A stretch of 64,000 nt of DNA, taken from contig JBEKXL010000010.1 in the NCBI GenBank assembly GCA_049512075.1, positions 1 through 64,000 on the forward strand, given 5' to 3'. This DNA is from Candidatus Bathyarchaeia archaeon (GTDB lineage Archaea; Thermoproteota; Bathyarchaeia; Bathyarchaeales; Bathycorpusculaceae). A program made the translations under genes and the position numbers. Positions 1-10,305 of the stretch are shown in pieces; the first letter of the stretch is position 1; every line of letters starts with the position of its first letter. The notes under the pieces were generated by a model, which searched no databases, was not told the origin of the DNA, and saw nothing but the letters and a program-made list of their open reading frames with translations.

Positions 1-274
1 AGATGCTAATCGATATTGGAAATTGAGCTACAATCTTACAACCGGTGGTGAAGAGAAAAATCGCTGAATTCTTCGTCCTCTTACGACATTCTATAACCAA
101 CTGCTCACATTCTGACCCCTCGTGATTCCAAGCTTCCACAATGCAATTGAAAAATTCACTCGCATCAACCTTATGCAGCATTGCGATTCTGGCAAGGTTC
201 TCCAGAATCCTTCCATCTTTGTATGAATACATGCTCGGAGGCCTGCCTCTACCTCTCCAAATTTGTTTAGCCAT
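1..274 (-). CDS. hypothetical protein with N-terminal AT-hook-like motif (partial, runs off window)
   Basis: Manual translation MAKQIWRGRGRPPSMYSY... is open to base 1. Confidence 0.6.
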   Translation of the reverse strand, partial: MAKQIWRGRGRPPSMYSYKDGRILENLARIAMLHKVDASEFFNCIVEAWNHEGSECEQLVIECRKRTKNSAIFLFTTGCKIVAQFPISISI

Positions 275-791
275 CTAACTTGTTTCCACTCTGTTGTTTT
301 TGACGCGCAAATCCATCGCTAAAATAATAGAACTGGAACGCGCATGTCAGTATTCTCAACATCACTTATATAGCTTGACTGCCAAGCGCGCGCTACCACG
401 ATATACAGAAGAAAACATCGGTAGCTTGGGGTTATTATGCACATAAGACAGGTTCTATCGATCTTATCGTGGTCGCTATTTGAAAGGGGACTTGAACCCG
501 CGCGCGCTGACCCATTGGCCTTTGCTTTTGACGTTCAACACTGTAGGCGTGACTCATCGAAACCACCAAAGGGTCTTGAGTAACGGCATAAAACCTGTCA
601 ATACGAAAGTTCACAATGCACGCTGAGCCAGCCTCATCATTATAGAGTCTGTTAGCCCTCCCACCACGCTTTTCGAATCGTTTTAGCCCTCACATTCGTC
701 GTTTCCTTCAGCTTTTTCACCAAGACTTGAACCTTGCGAAGTTCAGCGCACGCGCTATAAGATTTGTCCTTGAGCAAACACCGCAAAAAGT

Positions 792-856
792 CTGTATACA
801 AAAGCATCAACTAAATACACGAAAAAAGAGGGAATTGTGCGGGAGACATCCTCCAT
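792..856 (-). repeat. dispersed bipartite site, copy A (complete)
   Basis: Reverse complement GATGTCTCCCGCACAATTCCCTCTTTTTTCGTGTATTTAGTTGATGCTTTTGTATACAG aligns with 59128-59185; halves recur at 34742, 53044 and 53308. Confidence 0.85.
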
Positions 857-925
857 TCCTTAATAGCAAGGTTTAAGGGTTAATGCGTTGTTTAGGTTTC
901 GAATGTTTTCGGGAAGGTCTGAAGT

Positions 926-1477
926 TTGAGCAAGCAACAAGTCACTTTGGAAGAACGGAAAGCTGAGACCCTGATCAAACTCAGGGGTTACAAGCTGATT
1001 AAGAAACAAAAACATGAAGATGCGATAGGCTACATTGTTAATATGCCGAAGGAGAAAGAGAAAGCCTTGATATGGTGCGTCCCAGGCGAGACGACCGTGG
1101 GCATAAACAGCGTAAACCGTGTCACAAAGGCAATGAAGGACGCTGAAGTGGAAAGAGGAATAATCGTCACGGATGGAAGATACACGCATGCGGTCAAGCT
1201 TGGTGCAAAGAAGAAAAAAATAGAGCTATTGCCAAAAACCTTCCCGGCCTTCGACCTGTTCGAACACAAGCTTGTTCCAAAACATGAAATCCTGACGGAC
1301 GAAGAGAAGGAACAGTTGCTCGTACAGTACAAGGTTCACGCTTATCAACTGCCACAAATAAGCTCCTTAGACCCATGCGTCAAAGCAATAGGCGCCAAGC
1401 CGGGCGATATACTGCGCGTAATCAGGAAAAGCCCGACGGCCGGCGAATACATATCCTTCAGGTACGTAGTCGAATAA
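926..1477 (+). CDS. rpoH: RNA polymerase subunit Rpo5/RpoH with N-terminal extension
   Basis: C-terminal HKLVPKHEIL...QLPQI...DP...GAKPGDILRVIRKSPTAG...FRYV; about 105 aa extra N-terminal domain. Confidence 0.93.
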   Translation: MSKQQVTLEERKAETLIKLRGYKLIKKQKHEDAIGYIVNMPKEKEKALIWCVPGETTVGINSVNRVTKAMKDAEVERGIIVTDGRYTHAVKLGAKKKKIELLPKTFPAFDLFEHKLVPKHEILTDEEKEQLLVQYKVHAYQLPQISSLDPCVKAIGAKPGDILRVIRKSPTAGEYISFRYVVE

Positions 1478-1540
1478 CTTGTCTGCCGGTCTCAAGTAAT
1501 ACCTTAATTAGTCAGCTGTTCATTACTTGCTTTTCTTCGT

Positions 1541-2515
1541 TTGGTGCGAAAAGTGGCGCCGATAATTCGAATTCAGAATCTCACCAAAAAGTTCGGAAAC
1601 GTGGCCGCAGTAGATCATTTAAACTTAGACATCGAAGATGGCGAGATTATCGGTCTTTTGGGACCAAACGGCGCCGGCAAGAGCACTACTATTCTGATGC
1701 TCGCCACCGTCATCAAACCCACAGAGGGCACGGCCTGCGTAGGCGACTATGACATAAGGAAACAACCCGAAAAAGTGCGTGGAATGCTAGGCATAGCTTT
1801 CCAAGAACCCAAGATGCTGTTCGTGAGCACGCCCTGGGACGTTGTCAACTGGCACGCCAAAGTCTGCGGTTTGCCCACGGGCGAGCGAAAGCGAAGAGTG
1901 AAGGAAGTACTGAATACAGTGGACATGTGGGACGCACGCAAGAAGAACGTTCACGCGCTCTCAGGCGGAATGCGCAAGAGGGTAGAGATGGCGAAGGTTC
2001 TCATACAGAGACCAAAAATAGCCATCGTTGACGAACCCACAGCCCAGATCGACATCGTCGGCAAGCACAAGATTTGGAACATGCTCTACGAGCTCCGAGA
2101 CGAGGGAAGCACCATCATTCTGGCGACAAACGAGCTGTATGAGGCTGACAGGCTTTCGGACCGAGTTGGAATAATGCACAAAGGCAAACTGCTCGTGTGC
2201 GACACGCCTAAAAAGCTTAAGGACAGCATCGTAGGAGGAGACATCGTTGACGTGCAACTCGAGAAGGCTCCGCCAGTGGGAGTCGTTGAAGAGTTGAAGG
2301 GTCTCAAAGAAGTCGTGGACGTTCTGCAGCTCAAGCCCTTAAGCCTCCGCCTTTACCTGAACCGGGTGGAAGAAGTTGTCCCAAGAATAATGAGCCTTTT
2401 CGTTAAGCACAACGCGCCCATCCTTTCCTTCCGCATGAGTGAACCCAGCCTCGACGACGTGTTCGCCCACTACACCGGTTTGACCATTGAAGAAGCGCAG
2501 AAAGACAAGGAGTGA
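1541..2515 (+). CDS. ABC transporter ATP-binding protein (DrrA-like)
   Basis: GPNGAGKST, LSGGM, IVDEPT; C-terminal EPSLDDVF. Confidence 0.93.
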   Translation: MVRKVAPIIRIQNLTKKFGNVAAVDHLNLDIEDGEIIGLLGPNGAGKSTTILMLATVIKPTEGTACVGDYDIRKQPEKVRGMLGIAFQEPKMLFVSTPWDVVNWHAKVCGLPTGERKRRVKEVLNTVDMWDARKKNVHALSGGMRKRVEMAKVLIQRPKIAIVDEPTAQIDIVGKHKIWNMLYELRDEGSTIILATNELYEADRLSDRVGIMHKGKLLVCDTPKKLKDSIVGGDIVDVQLEKAPPVGVVEELKGLKEVVDVLQLKPLSLRLYLNRVEEVVPRIMSLFVKHNAPILSFRMSEPSLDDVFAHYTGLTIEEAQKDKE

Positions 2516-3582
2516 CACCGTCAACGAACAAGCTTTTCCTAGTAATCGAAAGAGATGTCCGCCTGTTTTTCCAGTACAGGTTCATGATTATCATGCGAGC
2601 CATTTGGTTCGTTTCGCAAATAGTCTTGTTCGGGCTAATCGCTTCACGTATGATCAACATACCAACGCACACGTTGACGACTGGGACTACGTACTTGCAA
2701 CCTAATCAGACGTATGTGTTCGATATCAATGTAACCCGCGATCTGAATTCCATACTTGTCAACGCTTCATCTGCGCAAGGGCATGGTGATGTTCACGTGT
2801 ATTTTCCGAATGGCACCTTGGCTGGTGGTGGGCACTTCGATCCCACAGCTGGCAACTACAGCTTGCAATTCGGGTTCAACACCCCTGACGTTGGTTTGTG
2901 GTCTGTGAAGATCGTATCCGCTGATGCAGCAGATAACTATTCGCTGACAGCTTACTCGCTTCTCGATTACTTTCGATACTACGTAGCTGGCTTGTCCATA
3001 ATGACGCTTTACTCAGCTGCCATATTCATCGGGTTTGACCTTTATGAAGAAGCTGAACATGGAGTTTTTGAATATCTGCTCAGCCTTCCCGTGTCAAGGC
3101 GGCAACTGGTTCTAGGTCGATCGATTGGCGGAGGGTTGAGAGCCTTCATCTACGTTGGACCCTTGATAGCCGTGTCGTTGTACGTCATCGGGTCGCTGAA
3201 CCCCGTTGCCTTTTTGATCTCTCTTTTCGCGCTCTTCCTGTTCGCCTTTGGAATTTCGGGAATGAGCATCACACTGGCGGTCATCATAAAATCCAGTGAC
3301 CGTTTTGACATCTTGATGGGCGTCTTGGACGCGTTGATCGTTCGCCTGAGCACGGCGATGTACCCGTTGGCAGTCCTGCAAGCTTCAAGTCCGTTGTACG
3401 CTGGGCTAGCCACTTTGAACCCTCTTACATACGTTACAGATCTTTTCCGATGGGGAACAGCCGTCACACCTTTGGACAACCCGCTGTTGCCGGTGCTTGT
3501 TGTGGTCGCGTTCTTCGGATTCTTCACTTTTGTGGGCGTAACTATCTATGATAAGCGGATCGAGGGCGGAGGTTGGCAATGA
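2512..3582 (+). CDS. ABC-2 type permease with inserted extracellular domain
   Basis: Multiple TM segments, LSLPVSR, NPLTY; overlaps ATPase stop. Confidence 0.88.
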   Translation: MTPSTNKLFLVIERDVRLFFQYRFMIIMRAIWFVSQIVLFGLIASRMINIPTHTLTTGTTYLQPNQTYVFDINVTRDLNSILVNASSAQGHGDVHVYFPNGTLAGGGHFDPTAGNYSLQFGFNTPDVGLWSVKIVSADAADNYSLTAYSLLDYFRYYVAGLSIMTLYSAAIFIGFDLYEEAEHGVFEYLLSLPVSRRQLVLGRSIGGGLRAFIYVGPLIAVSLYVIGSLNPVAFLISLFALFLFAFGISGMSITLAVIIKSSDRFDILMGVLDALIVRLSTAMYPLAVLQASSPLYAGLATLNPLTYVTDLFRWGTAVTPLDNPLLPVLVVVAFFGFFTFVGVTIYDKRIEGGGWQ

Positions 3583-3583
3583 T

Positions 3584-4360
3584 ATGAGCCAAGTCATCCA
3601 CATCATAGAGCATGACTTCAGGAATTTTCTGCGCTACAAAATGTGGCTCGTAGGCCTGATCACGATGAACCTCGCCGACTTGTTCATCACTGCCGTCGTT
3701 TACAACAAAGTGTTGAACCCAAACCTAACCATAAAGAATTACTTCAGCTTCTTCGCCCCAGGCCTCGTCGTCACCGGCTTGTTCGCCTCAGCCTTCATGA
3801 TAGGCCGAGAAATCAACATGGAACGCCGACGAGAAGTGCACCACTACATGCTGTGCTTGCCCATGACACGTATGGAATTGGCCCTCGGACGCGTCCTCTC
3901 AGGAGGAATGCGCGGCATGATCTACATGTCCCCACTACTGGCAACATGCTTTGTTTTTCTTGGCCTTCCAACGTTGCCACAGTTCTTCGTCATTTTGGGA
4001 CTACTGTTTCTCACGGCCATCGGCATATCCGGTCTAAGCATAGCCATCGCAGTTTCAACAACAAGCCTAGAAAAATTCGTCACAGCCAGAGGCCTAGTCT
4101 ACTACGCACTGTTCTTCTGCAGTAGCGTCTTCTACCCCCTTTCACTGATTCAGCAGCTTGGACAAGAAGGGAAGTTCCCAGCCGTGTTGGTAACATTCGC
4201 AGAAATCAACCCCCTGAGCAGCACCTCTGACACCATTCGCTCGTTCCTGCTGGGCTCTCCACAGTTCTCCTATTACTCGATCCTGAATGTCGTTGTCTTT
4301 TCAGCCATCTTCACTCTGAGCGCGGCATTTGCCTACATTAAGATAATCGAGCGCAAATAA
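3584..4360 (+). CDS. ABC-2 type permease
   Basis: FFAPGL, LPMTR, SSVFYP, NPLS motifs; ATG at 3584 follows the previous stop. Confidence 0.88.
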   Translation: MSQVIHIIEHDFRNFLRYKMWLVGLITMNLADLFITAVVYNKVLNPNLTIKNYFSFFAPGLVVTGLFASAFMIGREINMERRREVHHYMLCLPMTRMELALGRVLSGGMRGMIYMSPLLATCFVFLGLPTLPQFFVILGLLFLTAIGISGLSIAIAVSTTSLEKFVTARGLVYYALFFCSSVFYPLSLIQQLGQEGKFPAVLVTFAEINPLSSTSDTIRSFLLGSPQFSYYSILNVVVFSAIFTLSAAFAYIKIIERK

Positions 4361-4453
4361 CGCGTTTTGAAACCTCAAAACATTGACCAACACGGCGGGA
4401 AACATTAACTATATCTCGCACGCACATAGATTCTATGATGGCCGCATCTTCCG

Positions 4454-6160
4454 TTGGGTGAAATATTGGTTCAAAGCTCAAAACGTCAAGACGAAAAGCT
4501 GACCGAAGAGATCATGCGCTTTAGCAGACACATTGCAGGGTCTTCGCGAATCGCTGCGGCATGCTTGTGCAGTAACTATTCAAGTTTGTCGATGTCAAGG
4601 ACAGTTGCCCAGGTCTTGCTGGTTATAGAAGATTTTCAGCCTAGACTGATGAATTATGTCAAGGCTCTCGGCGTGAGCAGTCTAGTGGTTTTGGCGGTCG
4701 ACAAATGGGTTTTCGAAAGGGATGTGGACAGGGGTCTTCTGGGTGAAGCTCTCGCGGGCGGACTGATTTTTCCGTACAAGCCAATGGTCAATGAGGAGTA
4801 TTTGTACCTTCAAGAAATCATGCTGAAGAGACGCCTCATCCTAGAACTTCTCCAGAGCCTCGTTCTGGACTTTCCAGAGCTTTCATACGAGTTCTACATA
4901 AAGCCAGAGTACTTCATGTTCGAGACTTGGCTGACGAGGGCCAGGCTTTTTCCACCCATGCTCGATTCCTTATCAAACCTTGTCAAAGAAGAGAAGGGTC
5001 TCCAACAAACTCTGGGCGGGTTTTTGGACGCTCTGAAGAAGCTGGAGGAAGACAGATATATCCGCCTTTCCGAGGGCTATGTGAAGATTTCAAAGGAGTT
5101 CGTCGATAAAGCGAGAACTCGAAAGGTTCGGTTCACAAGTCTTTTGAAGACAGGGCATAGGGCGCTTTTTGCTTCCTTGTTGGGGATGCTTCCGCAGATG
5201 TTGAATGTTCTTTCGCAGAACACTGAATCACTCTTCAGCTTTCAGAGAATTCTCAAGGAAGGCGCAAGGGCTGGGATGCCAATCGACGACCCGAAGAACC
5301 TTGTGTACGTCAAGACTGCCAGTGGCCTTGTTCCATTGGCGAACAGGATGGACATTGGAGCCTTTGCCAGAAAAGTTCTCAGGGCAGACGGAAGCGCCCA
5401 AATCAAAGTCGCGAGCATCGGGGGTATCTTGAACGATGTTTACCTAGTGAGTGCCAGTATTGATGGCAAAGAGAAAAGGGTTGTTGTAAAAAGGTTCAGA
5501 GACTGGTCAAACTTCAAATGGTTTCCTCTCACGCTGTGGTCTGTCGGAACTAGAACCTTTGCTGTTCTGGGAAGTTCAAGACTTGAGAGAGAATGTGCAA
5601 TAAACCGATTGCTTCACTCAGAAGGTTTTGCGGTGCCAGAGCTCTTGTACGTGAGTCCAAATGAGCGTTTGGTTTTTATGGAATACGTTGTGGGAGAAGA
5701 CCTCAGCAACGCAGTGAGAAGAATCGCCGTTTCAAAGAATGATAGTGAACTGAAGAAGGACTTTGAACTGATGGCAAAGGTTGGCAACTTGTTCGCCAAG
5801 GTTCATGCGCTGGGTGTTTCCTTAGGCGATACAAAGCCCGAGAACGTTCTGGTTGACAGAAAGGGCGATCTCTACCTCACTGACTTGGAGCAGGCCGGCC
5901 GAAACGGAGATAGAGCGTGGGACGTCGCAGAATTCCTATACTATTCTGGCCATTATATTTCGCCGTTTGCCGACGCGCGTCGGGTGGAACTGATGGCAAA
6001 GGCATTCATTGCAGGCTATTTGCAGGCTGGCGGAAACATCAAGACGGTCGAGAATGCGGGCAACGCGAAATACACGAAGGTCTTCAGCGTGTTCACCTTT
6101 CCACACGTGATGCTCATTCTCTCGAATGCATGTAGAAAAGCGGAACAATTGAAGGAATAG
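4454..6160 (+). CDS. protein with C-terminal atypical kinase domain (RIO/Bud32/Kdo-like)
   Basis: VVVKRF, MEYV, HxxGxSLGDTKPEN, LTDLEQ, WDVAEF. Confidence 0.8.
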   Translation: MGEILVQSSKRQDEKLTEEIMRFSRHIAGSSRIAAACLCSNYSSLSMSRTVAQVLLVIEDFQPRLMNYVKALGVSSLVVLAVDKWVFERDVDRGLLGEALAGGLIFPYKPMVNEEYLYLQEIMLKRRLILELLQSLVLDFPELSYEFYIKPEYFMFETWLTRARLFPPMLDSLSNLVKEEKGLQQTLGGFLDALKKLEEDRYIRLSEGYVKISKEFVDKARTRKVRFTSLLKTGHRALFASLLGMLPQMLNVLSQNTESLFSFQRILKEGARAGMPIDDPKNLVYVKTASGLVPLANRMDIGAFARKVLRADGSAQIKVASIGGILNDVYLVSASIDGKEKRVVVKRFRDWSNFKWFPLTLWSVGTRTFAVLGSSRLERECAINRLLHSEGFAVPELLYVSPNERLVFMEYVVGEDLSNAVRRIAVSKNDSELKKDFELMAKVGNLFAKVHALGVSLGDTKPENVLVDRKGDLYLTDLEQAGRNGDRAWDVAEFLYYSGHYISPFADARRVELMAKAFIAGYLQAGGNIKTVENAGNAKYTKVFSVFTFPHVMLILSNACRKAEQLKE

Positions 6161-6162
6161 GC

Positions 6163-7449
6163 ATGGTTAAACAAGAAGCGACCCTTAACTTTCTACGGCG
6201 GAGTGAGCGAGATCGGCGGCAACAAAATTCTGCTCAGAGACGGAGACACGAGAGTTTTCTTTGAGTTCAGCATGTCCTTCAGCATGAAAAGACAGTTCTA
6301 CTCACCGCCCTTTCTCTCACCCAAGAGCGAGAAAAGCTTGCAAGAGCTTGAGATTTTACCAAAGCCTGACGGCATCTACAAGTTGGACAGCAGGCCGCCG
6401 GAAGTCGACGCTGTATTCGTTTCTCACCGCCACTTGGACCACTCAACCTACTTGTCCTTCATAAATCGTCAAATCCCTATCTACTGCAGCGAAACAACAC
6501 AAACCATTCTGCAAGCTCTGGGCGAAACGTGCAGAACCGACTTGGAGTTTTGCGTCAAGGACATCCCCTTCAAATCATTGAGAACGGGAGGAAAGCTGAA
6601 AGTTGGCAGCCTAGATGTCCAGCCAGTTCATGTAGACCATTCTGTGCCAGGCGCATATGGCTTCGTAATCAACGCATCCCGAGGCACGGTGGTGTACACG
6701 GGAGACTTTCGAATCCACGGCGCCAAACCGGAGATGACCCGTGATTTTGTGGACAGGGTGTGAGAAGCAGAACCCGTAGCGGTGATCACTGAAGCCACGG
6801 ACATGACCGGTGCGTCGATTTCCTCTGAAAAAGAAGTTGAAGAAAAATTGAACTGTATCGTCAGCGAGGCAGAAGATATTGTGCTTGCCGAGTTTGCTTA
6901 GCCGATGTTGACCGGTTGAACAGTTTCTTTCGAATCGCCAAGAAGAATGGGCGGTGCCCAGCTGTCTCACTCAGACAAGCCTGCCTGTTGGAAGCACTGC
7001 GAACTGATAGGGGTTCAAGTGTCCTGAACTTGAATGATAAGAATGTTCTGATCTTTCGAAAGTCGAAGGAAAGACGCGATAAATGGGAAAGCCAAGTCTT
7101 AGAACAATACGCGGGCAAGGTCATCGACGTGTTCGAAGCTCCGAAGCAACAGTGCAGGGTAGTGTTAGGCTTGTCTCCCTACGATTTCGAAGAGCTCGTC
7201 GAAATCCAGCCGCAAGCAGGCAGCTGCTACGTTCTATCTGCGTCGGAACCCTTCAACGAGGAAATGGAGATTGACTTCAAAAGGCTCGCCAACTGGCTGG
7301 ATCATTACGGCCTGCCTCAGTACCACGTACACGTTTCAGGGCACATAATCCCTTTGCAGCTCAAGTCTCTTCTAAAGGAAATGGACGCGGCGAAAGTCTT
7401 CCCTATACACACAGAAAATGCTGAATTGTTCGGCAGGTTCATGCGAGAC
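6163..7449 (+). pseudogene. MBL-fold metallo-hydrolase / RNase J-like (beta-CASP) pseudogene
   Basis: EIGGN, SHRHLDH, VDHS, YTGDF, HVSGH, PIH motifs; frameshift near start, TGA at 6761, stop/frameshift near 6900, insertion at 7449; displaced 3' end at 12453-12503. Confidence 0.88.
7434..7449 (+). repeat. attL core, 16 bp
   Basis: CAGGTTCATGCGAGAC, identical to 12437-12452. Confidence 0.95.
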
Positions 7450-8404
7450 TACCCAAGAAATCGAGGAACCTACCGCAAACACACAGACAACACCACAAGA
7501 ACAAGCAATACTTAACGCACTAATCCCAATGGAACAAGAAATACCCGACAAACGACAATTCCAAAACCAAAAATACCGCCTCCTAAGGCTTGCCAAAAAC
7601 GCAAACATCCTAGACCAAAAAGCAGTCACTACATACATAACAACACTAAAAAGAAAAGACCAAACAACAGCATCAAAAGGATACCAAAAATGCCTATTCA
7701 CAACCTACTCACGATTTTGCAGACTCAACCAAATACCATTCTACCGACCAAGAATGAAATGCACGTACCCAATACCGCTAATACCAACAACCGCCAACAT
7801 CGAAAAAATAATAAACGCCTCAACCCGAAGAGGAGCAACAATCTTCAAAATAATGGCAGAAACCGCCGTAGAAGGAATGGAACTACACAAAACACACCGA
7901 AACCAAATAGATGCAGAAAACGGAATAATCAGCATCAAAGGATGCAAAGGACACACAAACGGACTATACAAACTAAAAACAACAACAGCCGAAATGCTCA
8001 GACAATACCTAGCCAAACACCAAGACCCCTACCCATTCCCAGACCCAAGAGCCATGAGCGAATGTTGGCAATACTACCGACGAAGAGCATCAAGAAAACT
8101 ATGCGAACCCGAACTGATGAAAATAACTCTAAAAAGCCTAAGAAACTACGCAGGAGCAATATTCTACTACGGAAAAGGAAACAAAGACCCAATCGCAACC
8201 CAACGCTTCATGCGACACACACGACTAGACACAACACAACACTACCTACAAGCAATCATTATACCCGAAGATGAAGAATACACAACAAAAACCGTACAAC
8301 TCGGAACACCAACAACACTAAAAGAAATCACCGAGTTATCCGACAACGGATACCAAAAATTCACAGAAGCCGACGGATACCAAATATTCAGAAAACGGAA
8401 ATGA
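7434..8404 (+). CDS. tyrosine recombinase/integrase, C-terminal part of att-partitioned gene
   Basis: KG-K, SLRNY, MRHxxxxTTQHY, tail GYQKFTEADGYQIFRKRK; native N-terminus lies at 12376-12452. Confidence 0.9.
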
Positions 8405-8413
8405 GGAACAAAA

Positions 8414-8599
8414 ATGAACAAACCAAAAACCGACTATACACTCGTGGAAATCAACGGAACAAACTACCCAATCGGAATCCGAATACTAGAACCCAACGAA
8501 GAAATACCACCAATCCAAAGACCCCGCAACACCACCAAAGCCATACTAATAAAAGCAGGCTTCAAACACGTCACAGAAACAGGCAAAAAACGCAAATAA
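8414..8599 (+). CDS. small protein resembling the integrase C-terminal tail
   Basis: LIKAGFKHVTETGKKRK; GAGG precedes ATG. Confidence 0.5.
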   Translation: MNKPKTDYTLVEINGTNYPIGIRILEPNEEIPPIQRPRNTTKAILIKAGFKHVTETGKKRK

Positions 8600-8652
8600 A
8601 AAGTTAAGCGCACACGCTAACAACAAACAAAAACGGGCCACATGCCATCAGG

Positions 8653-8709
8653 CACACAGATTAGACACCAAATGTATCAGGCCACACAGATTAGACACCA
8701 AATGTATCA
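8653..8709. repeat. tandem direct repeat, 27 bp x2 (30-bp period)
   Basis: CACACAGATTAGACACCAAATGTATCA at 8653 and 8683. Confidence 0.9.
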
Positions 8710-9128
8710 AAACGCCTAAAATTACGAAACTACATATATCAGGCGTAACAACAGATACAACGAATCAAAATCAACACGACCAGACACAACGTATCAAAAT
8801 CACACACCATGACGACAACGCCCTAAAAAATCGGGACAAACAACAACACTACACCGAACTACACCGTTAAGCAAAGCCAAAAACCCGAATCAAGGTAAAC
8901 CAAAACAACCCTCTCAAGCAGTAACCAAAACACCTAACCATGCTCAAAAATATCAAATGAAACAACAAATAACAATAACAATAACAATTACACCAACGCA
9001 TCAGGACAAACAACCCACTTGAGAACACAGAAACTGTCATCCACCTTAATAACACCAGAAACTGGAATCCACTTAACGCTAAAAACCAAGACCAACAGGC
9101 CAAACAACAACAACAAAAACCAAATCCC

Positions 9129-9231
9129 TTGGAGCGCAACAAAAAAACACCCAAAGGCATTGGAGCGCAACAAAAAAGCGCAAAAGCCATTGGAGCGCAA
9201 CACAGAAACCCAAAGGGATTGGAGCGCAACA
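9129..9231. repeat. iteron-like array, TTGGAGCGCAACA x4
   Basis: Copies at 9129, 9160, 9190, 9219 (period 31/30/29). Confidence 0.88.
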
Positions 9232-9765
9232 CAGAAACGCCCACTGCAGAAAAACCGCACTCAGGCTCCCTGAAGGGAGCCAAGGCATCATGGGCGCGCA
9301 AAGTACGCTCCACGAAAAACAAACAAAACGATGCAATCCAAGAATGGCAAACGTTCCAGCACAGCTCCAAACACAAAAACCAAATAATTGAAAACACAAC
9401 AGACAGACACTAAAACTTGAACACACAACACAAACAGCCAAAAATACCAAGACCAAAGGCCAACCACAACAAACAAACGAATCCAACGATTCAAAACAAC
9501 GTCAACAGACAACACGACAAAGCCAACACCAAAACTAAAACAAACGAATCTAACAATTCAAACAACAAAGGCACCTTCTAACGAAGAACACCAACAACAG
9601 ACAAAATAACAACACCACACACAGTTCTATTTAATCAAGCTGATTCATTATGTCGCGCTCAGCTCCGCCTCGCGCTCCAACACAAACAAAAACAGACAAA
9701 CACACAAAAACAATGATGAACCTAATCATGCTAACAAACAACAAAAAAGGAAAGAAGGAAACTAT

Positions 9766-10068
9766 TCACAACTCAACACGGAAAAGTTGGACCCAAACAC
9801 CAGACACCGCCAACTTACCATACCAAAAACCCTCACTCACCCGAAAACCGACATACCTAGGAACCTCCTCACAAAACCTCTCACAAACATCATCATCCGA
9901 CTCATAAGCCTCACCAAACACAGTAAAACCCACAGCACCACTCCGAACACACTCCCAACCAATACGTTGACAAACCTCACCATCAAAACAACACGGAGCA
10001 CAAACAGGAACCTCCTCACCAAACCGATTAACACGAGTAACTACATTATCATTCTTCAGAACAATCAC
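9766..10068 (-). CDS. hypothetical Cys-rich protein
   Basis: Overlaps stop of the upstream ORF; followed by T-tract terminator. Confidence 0.55.
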   Translation of the reverse strand: MIVLKNDNVVTRVNRFGEEVPVCAPCCFDGEVCQRIGWECVRSGAVGFTVFGEAYESDDDVCERFCEEVPRYVGFRVSEGFWYGKLAVSGVWVQLFRVEL

Positions 10069-10265
10069 CTCCGCAACCTCCCATCTAAAACAATCTTACT
10101 AATCTCAGAAACAACACGCGCACAACCACCACGACAAAACCGACTACCATCAAAACTCCAACCCAAATGCAAAAGATAATCCGCCTCAGAAACAAACACA
10201 CCACCACAAACCCGACAACAACAAAAACCAGAATTACCCTTCACAGAAAACCCTCCAGCAACCAC
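10065..10265 (-). CDS. small C2H2-like zinc finger protein
   Basis: CRVCGGVFVSEADYLLH. Confidence 0.6.
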   Translation of the reverse strand: MVAGGFSVKGNSGFCCCRVCGGVFVSEADYLLHLGWSFDGSRFCRGGCARVVSEISKIVLDGRLRR

Positions 10266-10305
10266 AATAAAAAAAGGGAAAATAGTGTTCCATCAGCATC
10301 ACCAT

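Noticed and set aside
481-520. GGGTTCAAGTCCC (minus strand) resembling a tRNA T-arm
   Set aside because: No acceptor stem, D-arm or anticodon arm could be folded.
6761-6763. Selenocysteine TGA in the MBL gene (likewise 58459)
   Set aside because: Both genes carry other disabling lesions and no SECIS-like element was seen.
9129-9231. Possible mini-CRISPR array
   Set aside because: Repeats are only 13 bp, the 16-18 bp spacers resemble each other, and no cas genes are present.
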